From a virus (Duplodnaviria; Caudoviricetes), in IMG/VR virus record IMGVR_UViG_638276483_000001, positions 1 through 64,000 of that record: a stretch of 64,000 nucleotides of DNA; one strand, 5' to 3'. Under the pieces are notes generated by a model. It had not been told where the DNA came from and did no database searches. It saw only the letters and a list, made by a program, of their open reading frames with translations. Shown here one piece after another: positions 26,771 through 37,680 of this stretch. A program made the position numbers and the translations under genes. Each line of letters begins with the position of its first letter. Positions within the stretch are counted from its first letter, which is position 1.

Positions 26771-28756
26771 TTGGAGAGCTATCCTCCCACGCCGATTACC
26801 AAATACGGCATCAATCTTCTCCGCGAAGGTATTGAGCCGAATATCACCTACACCAGCCCCGGCGGGGAGATCATCTTCTATCTCAACGGCGGACTGGCGC
26901 CGTGGCCCGGGGTCACGGAGGGAATAGCCCTCGAAGAAGGAATTGAGGGTATGCACCCTCTATTCAATCACCTCGATAACAAGGGCGCGAGACAAGACGG
27001 CGCAACATGGTCGGACACGGTTTATGAACCCGCCGAAATGGTGATGAAGGTTATCGCCTCGGCGCAGTCGGCCGAAAACATGCGCCGCCTTATCCGCAAA
27101 TGGGTCGCCTCATGGGACCCGGAGAATCCGGGCAAGCTCACCTGGGTTACTCCCGAGTCGGGGGAGTGGTGGTGCTACCCAAGGCTTCACCGGGCCCCGA
27201 CCGACAAGCTTCAGCGCGGATACACCCGCGACGGCATCCAGAAATTCCAGTGGTTCATCCGCAATGATGACGCTTTCTGGCGCTCGCACGATTCGGTTTC
27301 TCAATTCCAGTTCGCATACAAGATGGCGATCGACGAATTCAATCGCGACGACGAGGGAAGCCTCGGCCCGAACTGGGATCAGACATACCTTGGCCCCGGC
27401 GATGGTGTGTGCGAGACCGAATCCGCGGTCAACTTCCTGATCCCCGGCCGGGCCCGCTGGACCCCGTCGGGCGACGAGCAGAACACTGTCGTCAACCGCT
27501 ACCTCGGGGTCAGCGAGACCCAGGTTATCGAGGTGTTTGGCGGCCCGACCGCTATCCGGCTCGGCTTCGATGGCCAACTCACTTCGTCGATCTCGTATCC
27601 CGCCTCCGCGGCGGAGATCAAGACGGCCCTGGCGTCGCTGTCCAACATCACCACCGACGACGTCGATGTCGACGGGGAGTCGGGCGGGCCCTACACGGTC
27701 ACGTTCAAGGGCGCCTACGCCAAAACCGATGTGCCGCAGATCGAGGCTTCGATCGCCAGTGGCGGTATCAACCCGTACGCCACGGTCAGGACCACGGCGA
27801 CGGGTTCGCCCGGAACCACGGCCACCAACAAGCAGGTCATTTCGATCCAGCTCGGCGCTTTCTTCATGTTCCCGTTCCCCGATGCCGCCTACATCGATAT
27901 CTGGGGCCGGATGAGCGAGGACGGTCAGGACGGCATCCGGCTGCGAATCGGCCCGCAATGGATCAGATTGTCGGCCTTCAACAATGGCGTGGAAACCGTT
28001 CTGCGGCAGCGCATCCTGCTCATCCTCCCGATCTGGGGCGAGACGTGGTCACTGGTGTGCGGCACCGCCAACAACGACCGCCAGTACACCGTCATGCGCA
28101 GCGGCTTCCCGATCCTGACCTACAAGGAGTCCGGGACGCAGTCGCACGTGGGCGAGGACTACCGCGGCGTCGGCTTCGGCATGGAATGCGGCGACGGCTT
28201 CACCCGGCAGCTGGTTCCGCCGGCGGTCAACCGCTGGTCGTTCGGCGACAACGCCACCGTCACCCAGTCCGGCCACCTGGCGGTCACCAACTTCGGCGAC
28301 CAGCCCGGCTTCCCGGACCTGGTGGTGTACGGCCCCGGCACGTTCTTCTTCAGCGACGGGCCCGGCGCCAATCCGACGATCGAGTTCGGCCCCCTCGCCG
28401 ATGGCCAGGTGGCGCTCATCAAGACCCACCCGGGTCAGAGGGCTGTCTACGACATCACCACCGATCAGACCGAGCAGGACCTCCCGTTCTTCCAGGACTT
28501 CCTGCACCGCCTGATCAGCTTGGCGTTCAACGGCAACATCCCGCCCCTGATGCAGTGGTTCGAAAGCATCTTCGGCATCGAGCCCCCGCAAGGCAACATG
28601 TACGCCCTCCTCAAGGGGCGCTGGTCAAAGCCGGTCCCTGCGCGCGGCCTCGATGGCACGCCGACCACGCATCAGATCGCTGTGGAAATCAAGGACGGCA
28701 ACGCCAATTCAAAGGTTATCGCGGCACTGACGCCCATGAGGCGCTGGCCGGAGTAA
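26771..28756 (+). CDS. minor tail protein (distal tail-like)
   Basis: Follows TMP; GARQDGAT motif. Confidence 0.85.
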   Translation: MESYPPTPITKYGINLLREGIEPNITYTSPGGEIIFYLNGGLAPWPGVTEGIALEEGIEGMHPLFNHLDNKGARQDGATWSDTVYEPAEMVMKVIASAQSAENMRRLIRKWVASWDPENPGKLTWVTPESGEWWCYPRLHRAPTDKLQRGYTRDGIQKFQWFIRNDDAFWRSHDSVSQFQFAYKMAIDEFNRDDEGSLGPNWDQTYLGPGDGVCETESAVNFLIPGRARWTPSGDEQNTVVNRYLGVSETQVIEVFGGPTAIRLGFDGQLTSSISYPASAAEIKTALASLSNITTDDVDVDGESGGPYTVTFKGAYAKTDVPQIEASIASGGINPYATVRTTATGSPGTTATNKQVISIQLGAFFMFPFPDAAYIDIWGRMSEDGQDGIRLRIGPQWIRLSAFNNGVETVLRQRILLILPIWGETWSLVCGTANNDRQYTVMRSGFPILTYKESGTQSHVGEDYRGVGFGMECGDGFTRQLVPPAVNRWSFGDNATVTQSGHLAVTNFGDQPGFPDLVVYGPGTFFFSDGPGANPTIEFGPLADGQVALIKTHPGQRAVYDITTDQTEQDLPFFQDFLHRLISLAFNGNIPPLMQWFESIFGIEPPQGNMYALLKGRWSKPVPARGLDGTPTTHQIAVEIKDGNANSKVIAALTPMRRWPE

Positions 28757-28766
28757 GGAGAACTGC

Positions 28767-30500
28767 TTGCCCAGAGTTGAAGTTGAACAGAAGACTCTCG
28801 ACGATTTACGGGCCAAGCTCTCCCAGGATGCGTATACGGCGGTTGAGGCCGCCCGGATGGTGTCGGAGATCGAGAAAGCTGCGGTCTCCGACACCCGCAT
28901 TATCGTCACCGTCTACGACAAGTTCTATCGCCCAGTGGGGGAGGCGGGCGACTACCTCTCCGTGGAGTGCAAATTCCCCCGCAACCAGGTCGAGAGCGGA
29001 AACCTTTCCCTCAAGCGCACCGATCCGTTGGCGGACGTTGTTCTGCAATGCCACGAGACCACGGTGCCCGTCACAATCGAAATCGGGCACCTATTGTGGT
29101 CGGGGCAGGTGAAGACGGCCCACGACAATTTCAACAACGCCGGCCAGGCGGATTTTGTCGAGTGCGAACTCGAAGGCGATTACGCCTGGCTGATGAAGAT
29201 CCTGGCGTGGCCGAACTTTCTGCTTCCATTGCAGGTCCAATTCCCGCCGCGCGGGGTGGCGATCGGCCCGGCCATTTCCATCCTCAAATGGCTATTGGGC
29301 ACCCAGGCATTCCGCCTGCAGGCGGGCATGTGGGAAATGGTCAACAACCTCCTGAGCCTGAATCTCGACTGGCGCGCCTGGTTCGGTACCGTTTTGTCGG
29401 CAGACCCGGGGAGCGACGGAATTGGCCTCGACGACGTGGCCCGCACTCTGCGCACGCCCATTTATGTCGTCCCCACCAATCCACTGACAGATACCTCGCC
29501 GTTCATTTCGGTGAACTGGCGCATGGACAAGATCGGCTCCATTTTCGAAGAGGTTGTTGAGGACAACGGCCTGCATGTCGAGGTGAAGTTGTGGCGGCCG
29601 GGTGATCCCCAGCCGGGCAACGACCCGCTGCTGGCGTTGTTCCCGCTCACGGTCCCCACGATTGTCGTGGACATCAAGGACCGCATGGGGATCGTGGGGC
29701 CCACGGGCACCTTCCTGGACGGCATCTTGCGCGTCCTGGTGGATTTGCAGAGCTCCATTTTCGGCGACGTCCTGGCGCCATTCTTGAACCCGAAGGGTGA
29801 GTACGCCCCGGACGGGTGGAATATCGCACCACTACTCGGTGTGCATTATGTCCCAACGTGGGCAGTATTCAATGCGGATCATCCTAAAGGCGGGGTTTCC
29901 GGCCGACTATCCCATCATAGACCAGAGGCGTGGCGGGTAATTGTCGGCGGTAAATCTCCGAAATGGTTAAATGATCTAATTAATGCGACCATGGCCTTTA
30001 TTCTGGATATGGTCCTCATCGTCGTCGGCATTACCGGCATTCCGAGCAATATGTTCGAAGGCCTGTTCAACGACGTGTTGCTGGCATTCCAGTTGGCGGA
30101 TAACTTCGATCGTCGCGTCAAAATGGGTCCGTACGGCCACGCCGAGGTCTTTGTGCCCACCAACAAGGCGCCGTACACCATCGATGGCATTTTCGCGCTC
30201 AAGCGTGAAATGTGGAACACCCGCGGATACATCTCGGGCGAGGTCACCTTCAAAAACGGCCTGCCCTACGAGATCGGCCGCGACCTGTTCCCGGGCGCCC
30301 TGGCGACCATTATCCGCAACGGTCAACTCTACACCGACTGGGTCGAGAATATCGTTGTCGTGGACACCCGCGACGGCCGTTCCGAGGTTATTGTTCAAAT
30401 CGGCGACGGCAAGGCCGAAGAGGCCCCGGTCGTCAAACTCCAGCGCAAGCTGTCGAAGTTCCAAGAGGCCATCAACATCTTGACATTGGCCACCCAGTAG
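28767..30500 (+). CDS. minor tail protein
   Basis: Position; VGGKSPKWLN motif. Confidence 0.85.
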   Translation: MPRVEVEQKTLDDLRAKLSQDAYTAVEAARMVSEIEKAAVSDTRIIVTVYDKFYRPVGEAGDYLSVECKFPRNQVESGNLSLKRTDPLADVVLQCHETTVPVTIEIGHLLWSGQVKTAHDNFNNAGQADFVECELEGDYAWLMKILAWPNFLLPLQVQFPPRGVAIGPAISILKWLLGTQAFRLQAGMWEMVNNLLSLNLDWRAWFGTVLSADPGSDGIGLDDVARTLRTPIYVVPTNPLTDTSPFISVNWRMDKIGSIFEEVVEDNGLHVEVKLWRPGDPQPGNDPLLALFPLTVPTIVVDIKDRMGIVGPTGTFLDGILRVLVDLQSSIFGDVLAPFLNPKGEYAPDGWNIAPLLGVHYVPTWAVFNADHPKGGVSGRLSHHRPEAWRVIVGGKSPKWLNDLINATMAFILDMVLIVVGITGIPSNMFEGLFNDVLLAFQLADNFDRRVKMGPYGHAEVFVPTNKAPYTIDGIFALKREMWNTRGYISGEVTFKNGLPYEIGRDLFPGALATIIRNGQLYTDWVENIVVVDTRDGRSEVIVQIGDGKAEEAPVVKLQRKLSKFQEAINILTLATQ

Positions 30501-30582
30501 TTAAGCACACGGGTTAGTTGGGCGCGATTGAAGCGCAGCCCTAAATCCGCCCACTAATTCATCAAGGGGGACTTATTCCACT

Positions 30583-31434
30583 ATGGCATTGACTATCGAT
30601 GGCGCCAACATCACCTTCGACGGTCGGGTCACCGTTGTCAACGGCTTCAACCCCGACACCGGGGTGGCCTATCTTGTTCTGACGCCCGAGGGCGGCTTCG
30701 GCGAGCTGCCGTTCTTCTCGGCTGGCACACCCGGCCTCCCGCCGGAGTTCACCGAGATCAAAATGACCCCGGTCGACCCGGACGATCCGCTGCCCACCCC
30801 CAACCCGGTGGTGACCCCGGTCGATCCGGGCGGGCCCGGCCTGCCGTCCAAATACAAGCTGGAGTTCTTCGTCCACAGCGGGCAGAAGGGCGACGAAGGC
30901 CCCGTGGTGATCGCCAACGCCGACGACCTGGCAACCTCGCCAGCCCTCGGCGGGGGCACCAACGGCTACACCCTTGTCTACCGCTCCTCGGACGGCATGT
31001 GGGTGCCCACCGCGCAGCGCGTGGGCAACATGTACATCTCCGAGGCGATTGCCTCGACTTCTGCCAGCGTCACCTCGACACGACTGCTGTCGAGTATCAC
31101 CATCCCGGCCCAGCCGTTCAACTGGTATCCGAGGGTGTTCGCTCAGACGCAGGTCGCCGGCGCGGCCGATACGCGCGTGGACCTGATTGCCCGCCTGAAC
31201 GACCCCGCCTCCGGGGGGATGGTCGGCTACTCCAAAGGGCTCGCTGGGGTGACCCCACCCCCAAACGTCGTCATTCCTGGATTCACTGTCGGTAGCGCGC
31301 TGCCAACGGTGTCCGCGGGCAATGCTGCCACGATCTATCTGCGCGCAGAACAGCAGGCATCCACGAGCAGCTCCTGGTCCACCCCGGCCTCGCCCGCGAC
31401 AACGTTCTGCGCGGAGGTTGCGCCGCTGCTATGA
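30583..31434 (+). CDS. minor tail protein
   Basis: Position; IPAQPFNWYP motif. Confidence 0.8.
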   Translation: MALTIDGANITFDGRVTVVNGFNPDTGVAYLVLTPEGGFGELPFFSAGTPGLPPEFTEIKMTPVDPDDPLPTPNPVVTPVDPGGPGLPSKYKLEFFVHSGQKGDEGPVVIANADDLATSPALGGGTNGYTLVYRSSDGMWVPTAQRVGNMYISEAIASTSASVTSTRLLSSITIPAQPFNWYPRVFAQTQVAGAADTRVDLIARLNDPASGGMVGYSKGLAGVTPPPNVVIPGFTVGSALPTVSAGNAATIYLRAEQQASTSSSWSTPASPATTFCAEVAPLL

Positions 31435-33986
31435 CGACCCCTTTCCAGCAGAAAGCGTTTCCGTCCAACCCTGCCGTACCTTCTTCGGCACCAGCGGGTT
31501 ACACCGCGCCATCTTCGGCGCCCCCCACCACGGGGGAGGCGCCCAAGACCTCGGCCGAGCTGTCCGCCCTGCGCGGCCAGTTCTGGGAACTACTACTCCA
31601 GAAGGTTGTCGAAGCCTTAACCGGCGTGTTTCTGCCCGGTCTGGGTAGCGCGTTCGACCAGTTGCGTGATTGGGCGTTGAACATCCCGATTCTCGGGGAC
31701 ATCATTCAGGCGATCACCGGCCTGGTGGGTGGCGGGATTGAGGAGCTGACGCAGTTCTTCGGTAACATCCGCAACTTCTTCCAATCAATCAACTTCAACG
31801 ATCCGAGTTTCAACCCGCTTCAGGCTGCGGCGCAGTTGGTGAACATCATCCTTGCGCCGCTGCGCAATTTGCTGCCCAGTCTATTGACGATCCTGCCGAT
31901 CGGTGGCATATCAAACCAATCGCCGAACATTCTTCCCGCCCCGAAGTTTCCCGAGGGGTCGGTGGGGGATAACGCGGATTGGGTTGTGGACCCGTCGAGT
32001 TCGCGCAGCGGTGATGGTTCGGGTGCGGCGAAGGTCATTGCCGATGGCACGTTGAAGGCGCTGCGGTCGGGGCAGAATGTTGGCGATTTCTTCGCGGTGG
32101 GCGAAGGCCAGACGGTCACTGCCCGGGTGTTTGTGTCGCATGAGGGGTATGTGGGCACGGGCGCGCCGATTCGGTTGCAGCTGGTGCCGTACATCGACGG
32201 CGTTGCACAGGCCCCTGTGGATTTGAACGCGTACGCCCCCCAGGACGCGAACTTGGCGTGGCCCGGTAAGGAGCTGTCGGGGGAGTATCGGGTGCCCGCT
32301 GGGGTGACTGGTGTGCAGACCCGGTTCGTGGTGACCGAAGACGCCGCTGCGGGCACGTTCTGGTGGGATGACGCCGAGGTTAAGCAGACCGGCGTTATTC
32401 AGCAGTCGTGGGTCGAGGGCCTTCCGGAGATTCTGCAAACCTTGTTGGCCCGGGTGCAGTTGACGATTGACACGGTGGTGTCGGCGATCCGCGGCGGCGT
32501 GCAGACCGTTGAGAACACGCTGGAGGATTTGTTCGACGCTTTGCGCAACATCTCCCCGGAGTCAATCGCGGGCATGCTCGGCCCGGAGAATCTGCGGGAA
32601 ACTATCGAGAATATCGTCAACAGCATTGTCGGTGGCCTGGTGGGCCTTCCGGGTATTGGTGCTGGTATCGCCGACCTGTTCAACGTGTTGCAGGAGATCG
32701 CCTCGCGCGCCAGCTTGGGGTTGTTCTCGTGGGACATCCTTGGCATCAGGACCAACAAGCCTGTCGATAGTGGTTTGTTGCCGTCGGAGCGGTCCAACTT
32801 CCCGCTGTCGAACGTCACGACGTGGCTGGAGGCCACGCAGAGCAATTCGCTCATCGGTGTTGACTTGATTGAAGAGTCGATGCCGCTGGGCGTGGTGTCG
32901 TGGATCGGCTACGGCCTTTCGGGGATCACCGAGTTCTACGTCAACATCTGGAAGGTCGACTTGGCGTCGGGCGACTGGACGCTGGCGCACCATTCCCCGA
33001 ACATCGTGGGGCTTTTGGGCGGCACGGGCGCCCCCGGGGAGTTCATCTCCTACGAGCTGGATGACCCGGTTCCCGTGGTGGCGTCTGAGGCGTACGCCTA
33101 TGAGCTTGTCCCGGTGGGCGGTACGCATTATGTGCGTGGCCGTGTGGCGGACTTGCCGAATCATCCGACGTCGCAGATTGTGTCGCTGGCGGCCACCAGA
33201 AACAACACGTCGCCGGATAGCCCGCCGTCGTCGATTGCGAAGGCGTCGGTGACCCGCTCGGGCGATGTGCCGTGGGTGAGTATCGCCGTGGATACAGGTT
33301 CCGGCGGCGACCATCACGATCCGTTGAAGGTCTACCTTGGCACCGCGGCCACGGTGTTCCCGGTTCCGAACTGGGTGAACTACATCGACCCGGTTGCGGT
33401 GGGCGCTGGTGGTGGTGGTGCGCAGGGCTGGGCCTTGGGTATCAACGGTCAGGCCGGTCAGCCCGGGAAGTTCAACGCCACCACATGGGTGCGCGGTGAG
33501 CATTTCGGCGACAACGCCATCATCACCCTCGACCCGGGCGCTGGCGGCGTGGGCGGTCCTGGTGACGGCGCGGCCGGCGGTAACACCACGTTGTCTATCT
33601 CCACGCCCGGGGGTGACACGTATTCCATTGTCGCCGAAGGTGGCGCGGCGGGTACCACTGAAGGGTTTCTGTCGAAACCTGTTGGCCGAGGCCCGGGCAC
33701 ATTCACGTTCAACGAGCAGGACTATGTGGGCGGCGTTGACCAGAAGGTCATGGGCGGCCACGGCGCGCCCGCTGGTGGTGCCGGTAACGGCGGCAAGGGC
33801 TCGTTGGCGGCCTTTCAGTCCGGCGGCAATGGCGCTCCTGGTGGCGGCTGGGTGTTCTTCCGGCCCGACCCGCTGCCTGACCCTGACCCGGATTTGACGC
33901 CCCCGACGCCCCCCACGTTGGTGGAGCTGGTCGATTCAACTTTCAGCACTATCACGATTACGTGGTCTGGAGCAACAGACGTATGA
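31431..33986 (+). CDS. minor tail protein with Gly-rich C-terminus
   Basis: 851 aa; GAGGGG repeats. Confidence 0.85.
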   Translation: MTTPFQQKAFPSNPAVPSSAPAGYTAPSSAPPTTGEAPKTSAELSALRGQFWELLLQKVVEALTGVFLPGLGSAFDQLRDWALNIPILGDIIQAITGLVGGGIEELTQFFGNIRNFFQSINFNDPSFNPLQAAAQLVNIILAPLRNLLPSLLTILPIGGISNQSPNILPAPKFPEGSVGDNADWVVDPSSSRSGDGSGAAKVIADGTLKALRSGQNVGDFFAVGEGQTVTARVFVSHEGYVGTGAPIRLQLVPYIDGVAQAPVDLNAYAPQDANLAWPGKELSGEYRVPAGVTGVQTRFVVTEDAAAGTFWWDDAEVKQTGVIQQSWVEGLPEILQTLLARVQLTIDTVVSAIRGGVQTVENTLEDLFDALRNISPESIAGMLGPENLRETIENIVNSIVGGLVGLPGIGAGIADLFNVLQEIASRASLGLFSWDILGIRTNKPVDSGLLPSERSNFPLSNVTTWLEATQSNSLIGVDLIEESMPLGVVSWIGYGLSGITEFYVNIWKVDLASGDWTLAHHSPNIVGLLGGTGAPGEFISYELDDPVPVVASEAYAYELVPVGGTHYVRGRVADLPNHPTSQIVSLAATRNNTSPDSPPSSIAKASVTRSGDVPWVSIAVDTGSGGDHHDPLKVYLGTAATVFPVPNWVNYIDPVAVGAGGGGAQGWALGINGQAGQPGKFNATTWVRGEHFGDNAIITLDPGAGGVGGPGDGAAGGNTTLSISTPGGDTYSIVAEGGAAGTTEGFLSKPVGRGPGTFTFNEQDYVGGVDQKVMGGHGAPAGGAGNGGKGSLAAFQSGGNGAPGGGWVFFRPDPLPDPDPDLTPPTPPTLVELVDSTFSTITITWSGATDV

Positions 33987-35869
33987 CAATCAAAGGGTAT
34001 TTCGTTTACGCGAAAGAGAAGGACGCTTCAGGCGATTTCGTTCAGTTGAATCCCGACCCGGTGTTGCCGCCGTACGGGACAAACGGTTTGAAGTCGAACA
34101 CCACGTACGAGTTCTATGTGAAGACGGTGGACAACGCCGGCTGGTTGTCGGACCCGTCGGATACCTACGAGTTCACCACTCCCGCGCACACTGCGGGTGA
34201 TTTGTTGTCGCCGGAGGACCAGGCGATGGTGGATTTGATTGTGGAGGAGTCCCGCGCGGAGACCGGCCAGCCGGGAGTGATGTTGCAGATCACCGGTCCG
34301 CGCGGGAACTATGCGAAGGCGTATGGCACCACCGTGGGCGGCACGGTTCGCCCGTTGACGTTGGATGACCACTTCCGCATGGGTTCCTCCACGAAGATGT
34401 TCACCGCGATTGCGTTTTTCCAGGCCGTCGACAAAGGCCTCATCACGCTGGATGACACTCTGGAGCAGTACGTTCCGGGCATCCCGAACGGTACCGCGAT
34501 CACGATGGGGCACATGCTGTCCATGCGGTCGGGTATCGCGGAGTATACGGCGGGTATCAACGCGCTCTGGATCACGCTGTTTCCGACGTGGCCATGGACG
34601 GGCGCGAAGGACTTCCTGGGCTCTATGAAAGGGCCGTCAAATTTCTATCCTGGCACCGACTACCTGTATACGAACTCCAACTTTGCGCTGATCGGGATGG
34701 TTCTAGAGATTGTCGACCCGGCCCATCGGCCGATCAAGCAAATCTTCAAAGAAGACATCATAGACCCTCTTGGGCTGACGGAAACGTCATGGCCGCCGAT
34801 CGGTCCAGTTCCTCCCCCCGCGTCGATCGCTGACACGTTCAACCCGAACTTCCTCGACGCTGCCGGGGCGCTGGCGACGAACATCAACGACTACACGAAG
34901 TTCGCGGAGGCGTTGCGGGACAACGCGATGGGCCTGTCGCCCGAGTCGTATGACGCGTGGCTGTCAACGTTCTGGAAGCATCCCACAGGGTGGGACCCGT
35001 ACGCGAACGGGTTCTACATTCCTTCCGAGTACTACTACGGGTACGGGATAGAGTCGTTCGGAACGTGGTTCGGGCATCCGGGACTCTTTTCGGGTGGCTG
35101 GTCGTCCACGATTTTCTTTGAGCGGGACTCGGGTGCGACATTCACGCTGCACGAGAACTCGAATACCTCCAACCCCCCGGCCGCGGGCTATACCCGCATT
35201 TGGGTGCGGGTGGCGGAGTATCTGTACCCCGGAACGATTACGAATGACCAAAACTGGCCGGTGCCGCCGGAGCCGGTGGATGTTGGGTTTGATGCAGTGT
35301 CGTCGGCCGGGGCTGGTGTCGGTAGCGCCACTGTGAACTTCAAGGCCTCCGAGGGGGCCACGGTGTTCGCGGTGGTGGCGTGGGACCGCGCGGGCTCAGC
35401 CCCGTCGGCCACATATGGCGGCGCCGGCGGTGTACTTCTCGGGTCCGTTTCGCACGATGGCGATCCGGCGAATGGAGGATTGGCGATTTTCCGCATGGAG
35501 AACGCAGGCTCCGGCGTTGCTCGCCAGATGAAGGCCACCGGCCCGGGCTGGGTGAGTGCGTATGCCATTTCATTCAACGATGTTGTGTCCGTGGGAACCC
35601 CCACGTTCGCGCACGGCAACGGCACTGCGCACAGCCAGTCGGTGACGGTACCGAGCGGGGTGACGCTGCAGGCGTTCTCGGCCGGGGCCGGGGGGGCGTC
35701 GTCGTCCAAGCTGACAACGATTCTGGGGGCGCGCTTGCGCGCGGAGCAGTCGGGGATCGCCCCGCCCCTGTGTGTCAACACGACGACCAGGACGGGAACG
35801 GTGAGCGCCACCTCGTCGCGGCCGAATAAGTGGGCTGGCATGGCGGTGAACTTGCAGATTGGGGGATGA
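33983..35869 (+). CDS. minor tail protein with beta-lactamase/D-Ala-D-Ala carboxypeptidase domain
   Basis: FN3-like N-terminus; FRMGSSTK (SxxK), YTNSN, GHPG. Confidence 0.9.
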   Translation: MTIKGYFVYAKEKDASGDFVQLNPDPVLPPYGTNGLKSNTTYEFYVKTVDNAGWLSDPSDTYEFTTPAHTAGDLLSPEDQAMVDLIVEESRAETGQPGVMLQITGPRGNYAKAYGTTVGGTVRPLTLDDHFRMGSSTKMFTAIAFFQAVDKGLITLDDTLEQYVPGIPNGTAITMGHMLSMRSGIAEYTAGINALWITLFPTWPWTGAKDFLGSMKGPSNFYPGTDYLYTNSNFALIGMVLEIVDPAHRPIKQIFKEDIIDPLGLTETSWPPIGPVPPPASIADTFNPNFLDAAGALATNINDYTKFAEALRDNAMGLSPESYDAWLSTFWKHPTGWDPYANGFYIPSEYYYGYGIESFGTWFGHPGLFSGGWSSTIFFERDSGATFTLHENSNTSNPPAAGYTRIWVRVAEYLYPGTITNDQNWPVPPEPVDVGFDAVSSAGAGVGSATVNFKASEGATVFAVVAWDRAGSAPSATYGGAGGVLLGSVSHDGDPANGGLAIFRMENAGSGVARQMKATGPGWVSAYAISFNDVVSVGTPTFAHGNGTAHSQSVTVPSGVTLQAFSAGAGGASSSKLTTILGARLRAEQSGIAPPLCVNTTTRTGTVSATSSRPNKWAGMAVNLQIGG

Positions 35870-37032
35870 GCGTGGCTGTTGGCTGGTGGGCTGAGTCCCA
35901 CGTCTCGTTTGGCGTCACCCTCGCCCCCGAGTTGGGGTTTACCTATGGTGGCCCCAAGGAGGAGTTTGGCGTCACCCTCACCCCCGAGATCGGCATGGCC
36001 GCCGTGGCGCACAACCGTGCGAGTTTCGGTTTGTCGGTGCCGGTTTCGCTGGGGATGGGGGCGGCCAGCCACAGCAAGGCGTCGTTCGGCCTGGTGTTCG
36101 CGCCGTATATCGCGATGCGTGGTCCGGCGGCGTTCGAGCCGGTGTTTCCGTCCGAGGATTTGTATCCGTCGGTGTCGCTGTTCCCGACGCCGCGCGCGCA
36201 GTCTCCCGGTTTCGGGTTGTCGTTCGCGCCGAGCCTGGGGTTCGAGGCCGCGCCGAAGTTTGCGCGGTCGTTCGGTATCGAACTGGACCCGCAGGTCGGC
36301 ATGGGTACCGCACTCGGGTTCACGAAGGGCTTCGGGATCGAACTGTCCCCGCAGGTTGGAATGTCCGGCGCGGAGCGGTATTACCGCGAGTTCGAGCTGA
36401 CGTTGACCCCGGGAATCGGTATGGACGCCGTGGGCAATGACGGTGTTGACCCGGTGGCGTTCGACGCGGTAACCATGTCCCAGCAAACGACGTCGACGTT
36501 CTCGTTCAACCACACGGCCACCGCCGGAGCGTCGGTACTGGTGTCACTGGTCGTACAGGGCAGCGACACGATCGCCTCCGTCACCTACGACGGATCAGCG
36601 ATGACGCTTATCGGCAGCCAGGCTCTAAACAATAACGCTGGCAGTGGCTCCCAACACTTGTACGTCATTCATGGCGTTGCTGGCGGGTCCAAGCAGGTGA
36701 CGGTCAACAAGCCCACCGGCTTCGGGTGGGTGGGCGCTGTCGCGGCCTCGTATCTGAACGCGACCACCACCGGCACCGTGCAGAAGTCATACGGAAACAG
36801 TGGTTCGGCAAGCCTGTCGGCGTCCGCGCCTGGAGACGGTGGCCGGGTAGTCGTTTCGTTCGCCAACATTGGGAACCGGACGTTTACACCCTCTGGCGGA
36901 ACGAACCGATTCTCGGGTTCGGGCCTGTTCCCGATCCTGACCATCAGCGACGCGACGACGGCCACGAACTTCACGGCGACAAGCTCGTCGGGCACATGGG
37001 CCGCCATGGCGGTCCCGCTCAATCCCGTATAA
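35866..37032 (+). CDS. minor tail protein
   Basis: FGxxLxP repeats; Ser/Thr-rich C-terminal domain. Confidence 0.8.
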   Translation: MSVAVGWWAESHVSFGVTLAPELGFTYGGPKEEFGVTLTPEIGMAAVAHNRASFGLSVPVSLGMGAASHSKASFGLVFAPYIAMRGPAAFEPVFPSEDLYPSVSLFPTPRAQSPGFGLSFAPSLGFEAAPKFARSFGIELDPQVGMGTALGFTKGFGIELSPQVGMSGAERYYREFELTLTPGIGMDAVGNDGVDPVAFDAVTMSQQTTSTFSFNHTATAGASVLVSLVVQGSDTIASVTYDGSAMTLIGSQALNNNAGSGSQHLYVIHGVAGGSKQVTVNKPTGFGWVGAVAASYLNATTTGTVQKSYGNSGSASLSASAPGDGGRVVVSFANIGNRTFTPSGGTNRFSGSGLFPILTISDATTATNFTATSSSGTWAAMAVPLNPV

Positions 37033-37049
37033 CCCGAAAGGAAACAATC

Positions 37050-37391
37050 ATGGGCATTCCCAATGCAACTCACAAAGCAGCGTCGGACGCTATCGCCGGT
37101 CTCGGTGACTGGATCAGTGTGCATACCGGAGCTGCTGGCACCACAGGGGCGAATGAAGCCACGGGTGGTGGATATGCGCGGGAGCAGACGTCGTGGACGT
37201 CGGGCTCCACGGGCACCAACACCGGCGACGAGGTTGAAATCTCCGTGGCGGCAGGCACCTACGTGGAGGGCGGCATCTGGTCGGCCAGCTCGTCGGGCAC
37301 CTTCGTCGGTTCGGAAGCTTTCGACGACGGTGACGTGGAGGTGTCCGGTACGGGGGCGAGCATCTCCGTGACGCCCCGCATAGTCGCCTGA
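37050..37391 (+). CDS. minor tail protein
   Basis: HTGAAGTTGANEATGGGYAR motif. Confidence 0.8.
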   Translation: MGIPNATHKAASDAIAGLGDWISVHTGAAGTTGANEATGGGYAREQTSWTSGSTGTNTGDEVEISVAAGTYVEGGIWSASSSGTFVGSEAFDDGDVEVSGTGASISVTPRIVA

Positions 37392-37413
37392 AATCCTGGA
37401 TAGGGGAACTGTT

Positions 37414-37668
37414 TTGAACATCAAAACTGATCATCAGATCGTCGCGTTCGGCAACGACATGATGGGCTTGTTTGACCGTGACGGCACGTTGATTGTGCAG
37501 GCCGCCCGCGTGGTTGGCGGGTGGGAGGTCACCGCCGAGGGGCGGCCCCCGGCGACCGTGTTGGATCGGTCTTCGGCGATCACCGAAATGATCAACACCG
37601 CCCTCGCGGTGCTTCCGGGTGACGGTTATTCGTGCCTGGTGCCGAGGGGTTTACGGGCGCAACCCTAG
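37414..37668 (+). CDS. hypothetical protein
   Basis: AGGGG RBS, TTG start. Confidence 0.65.
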   Translation: MNIKTDHQIVAFGNDMMGLFDRDGTLIVQAARVVGGWEVTAEGRPPATVLDRSSAITEMINTALAVLPGDGYSCLVPRGLRAQP

Positions 37669-37680
37669 GAGGGGTTTGGT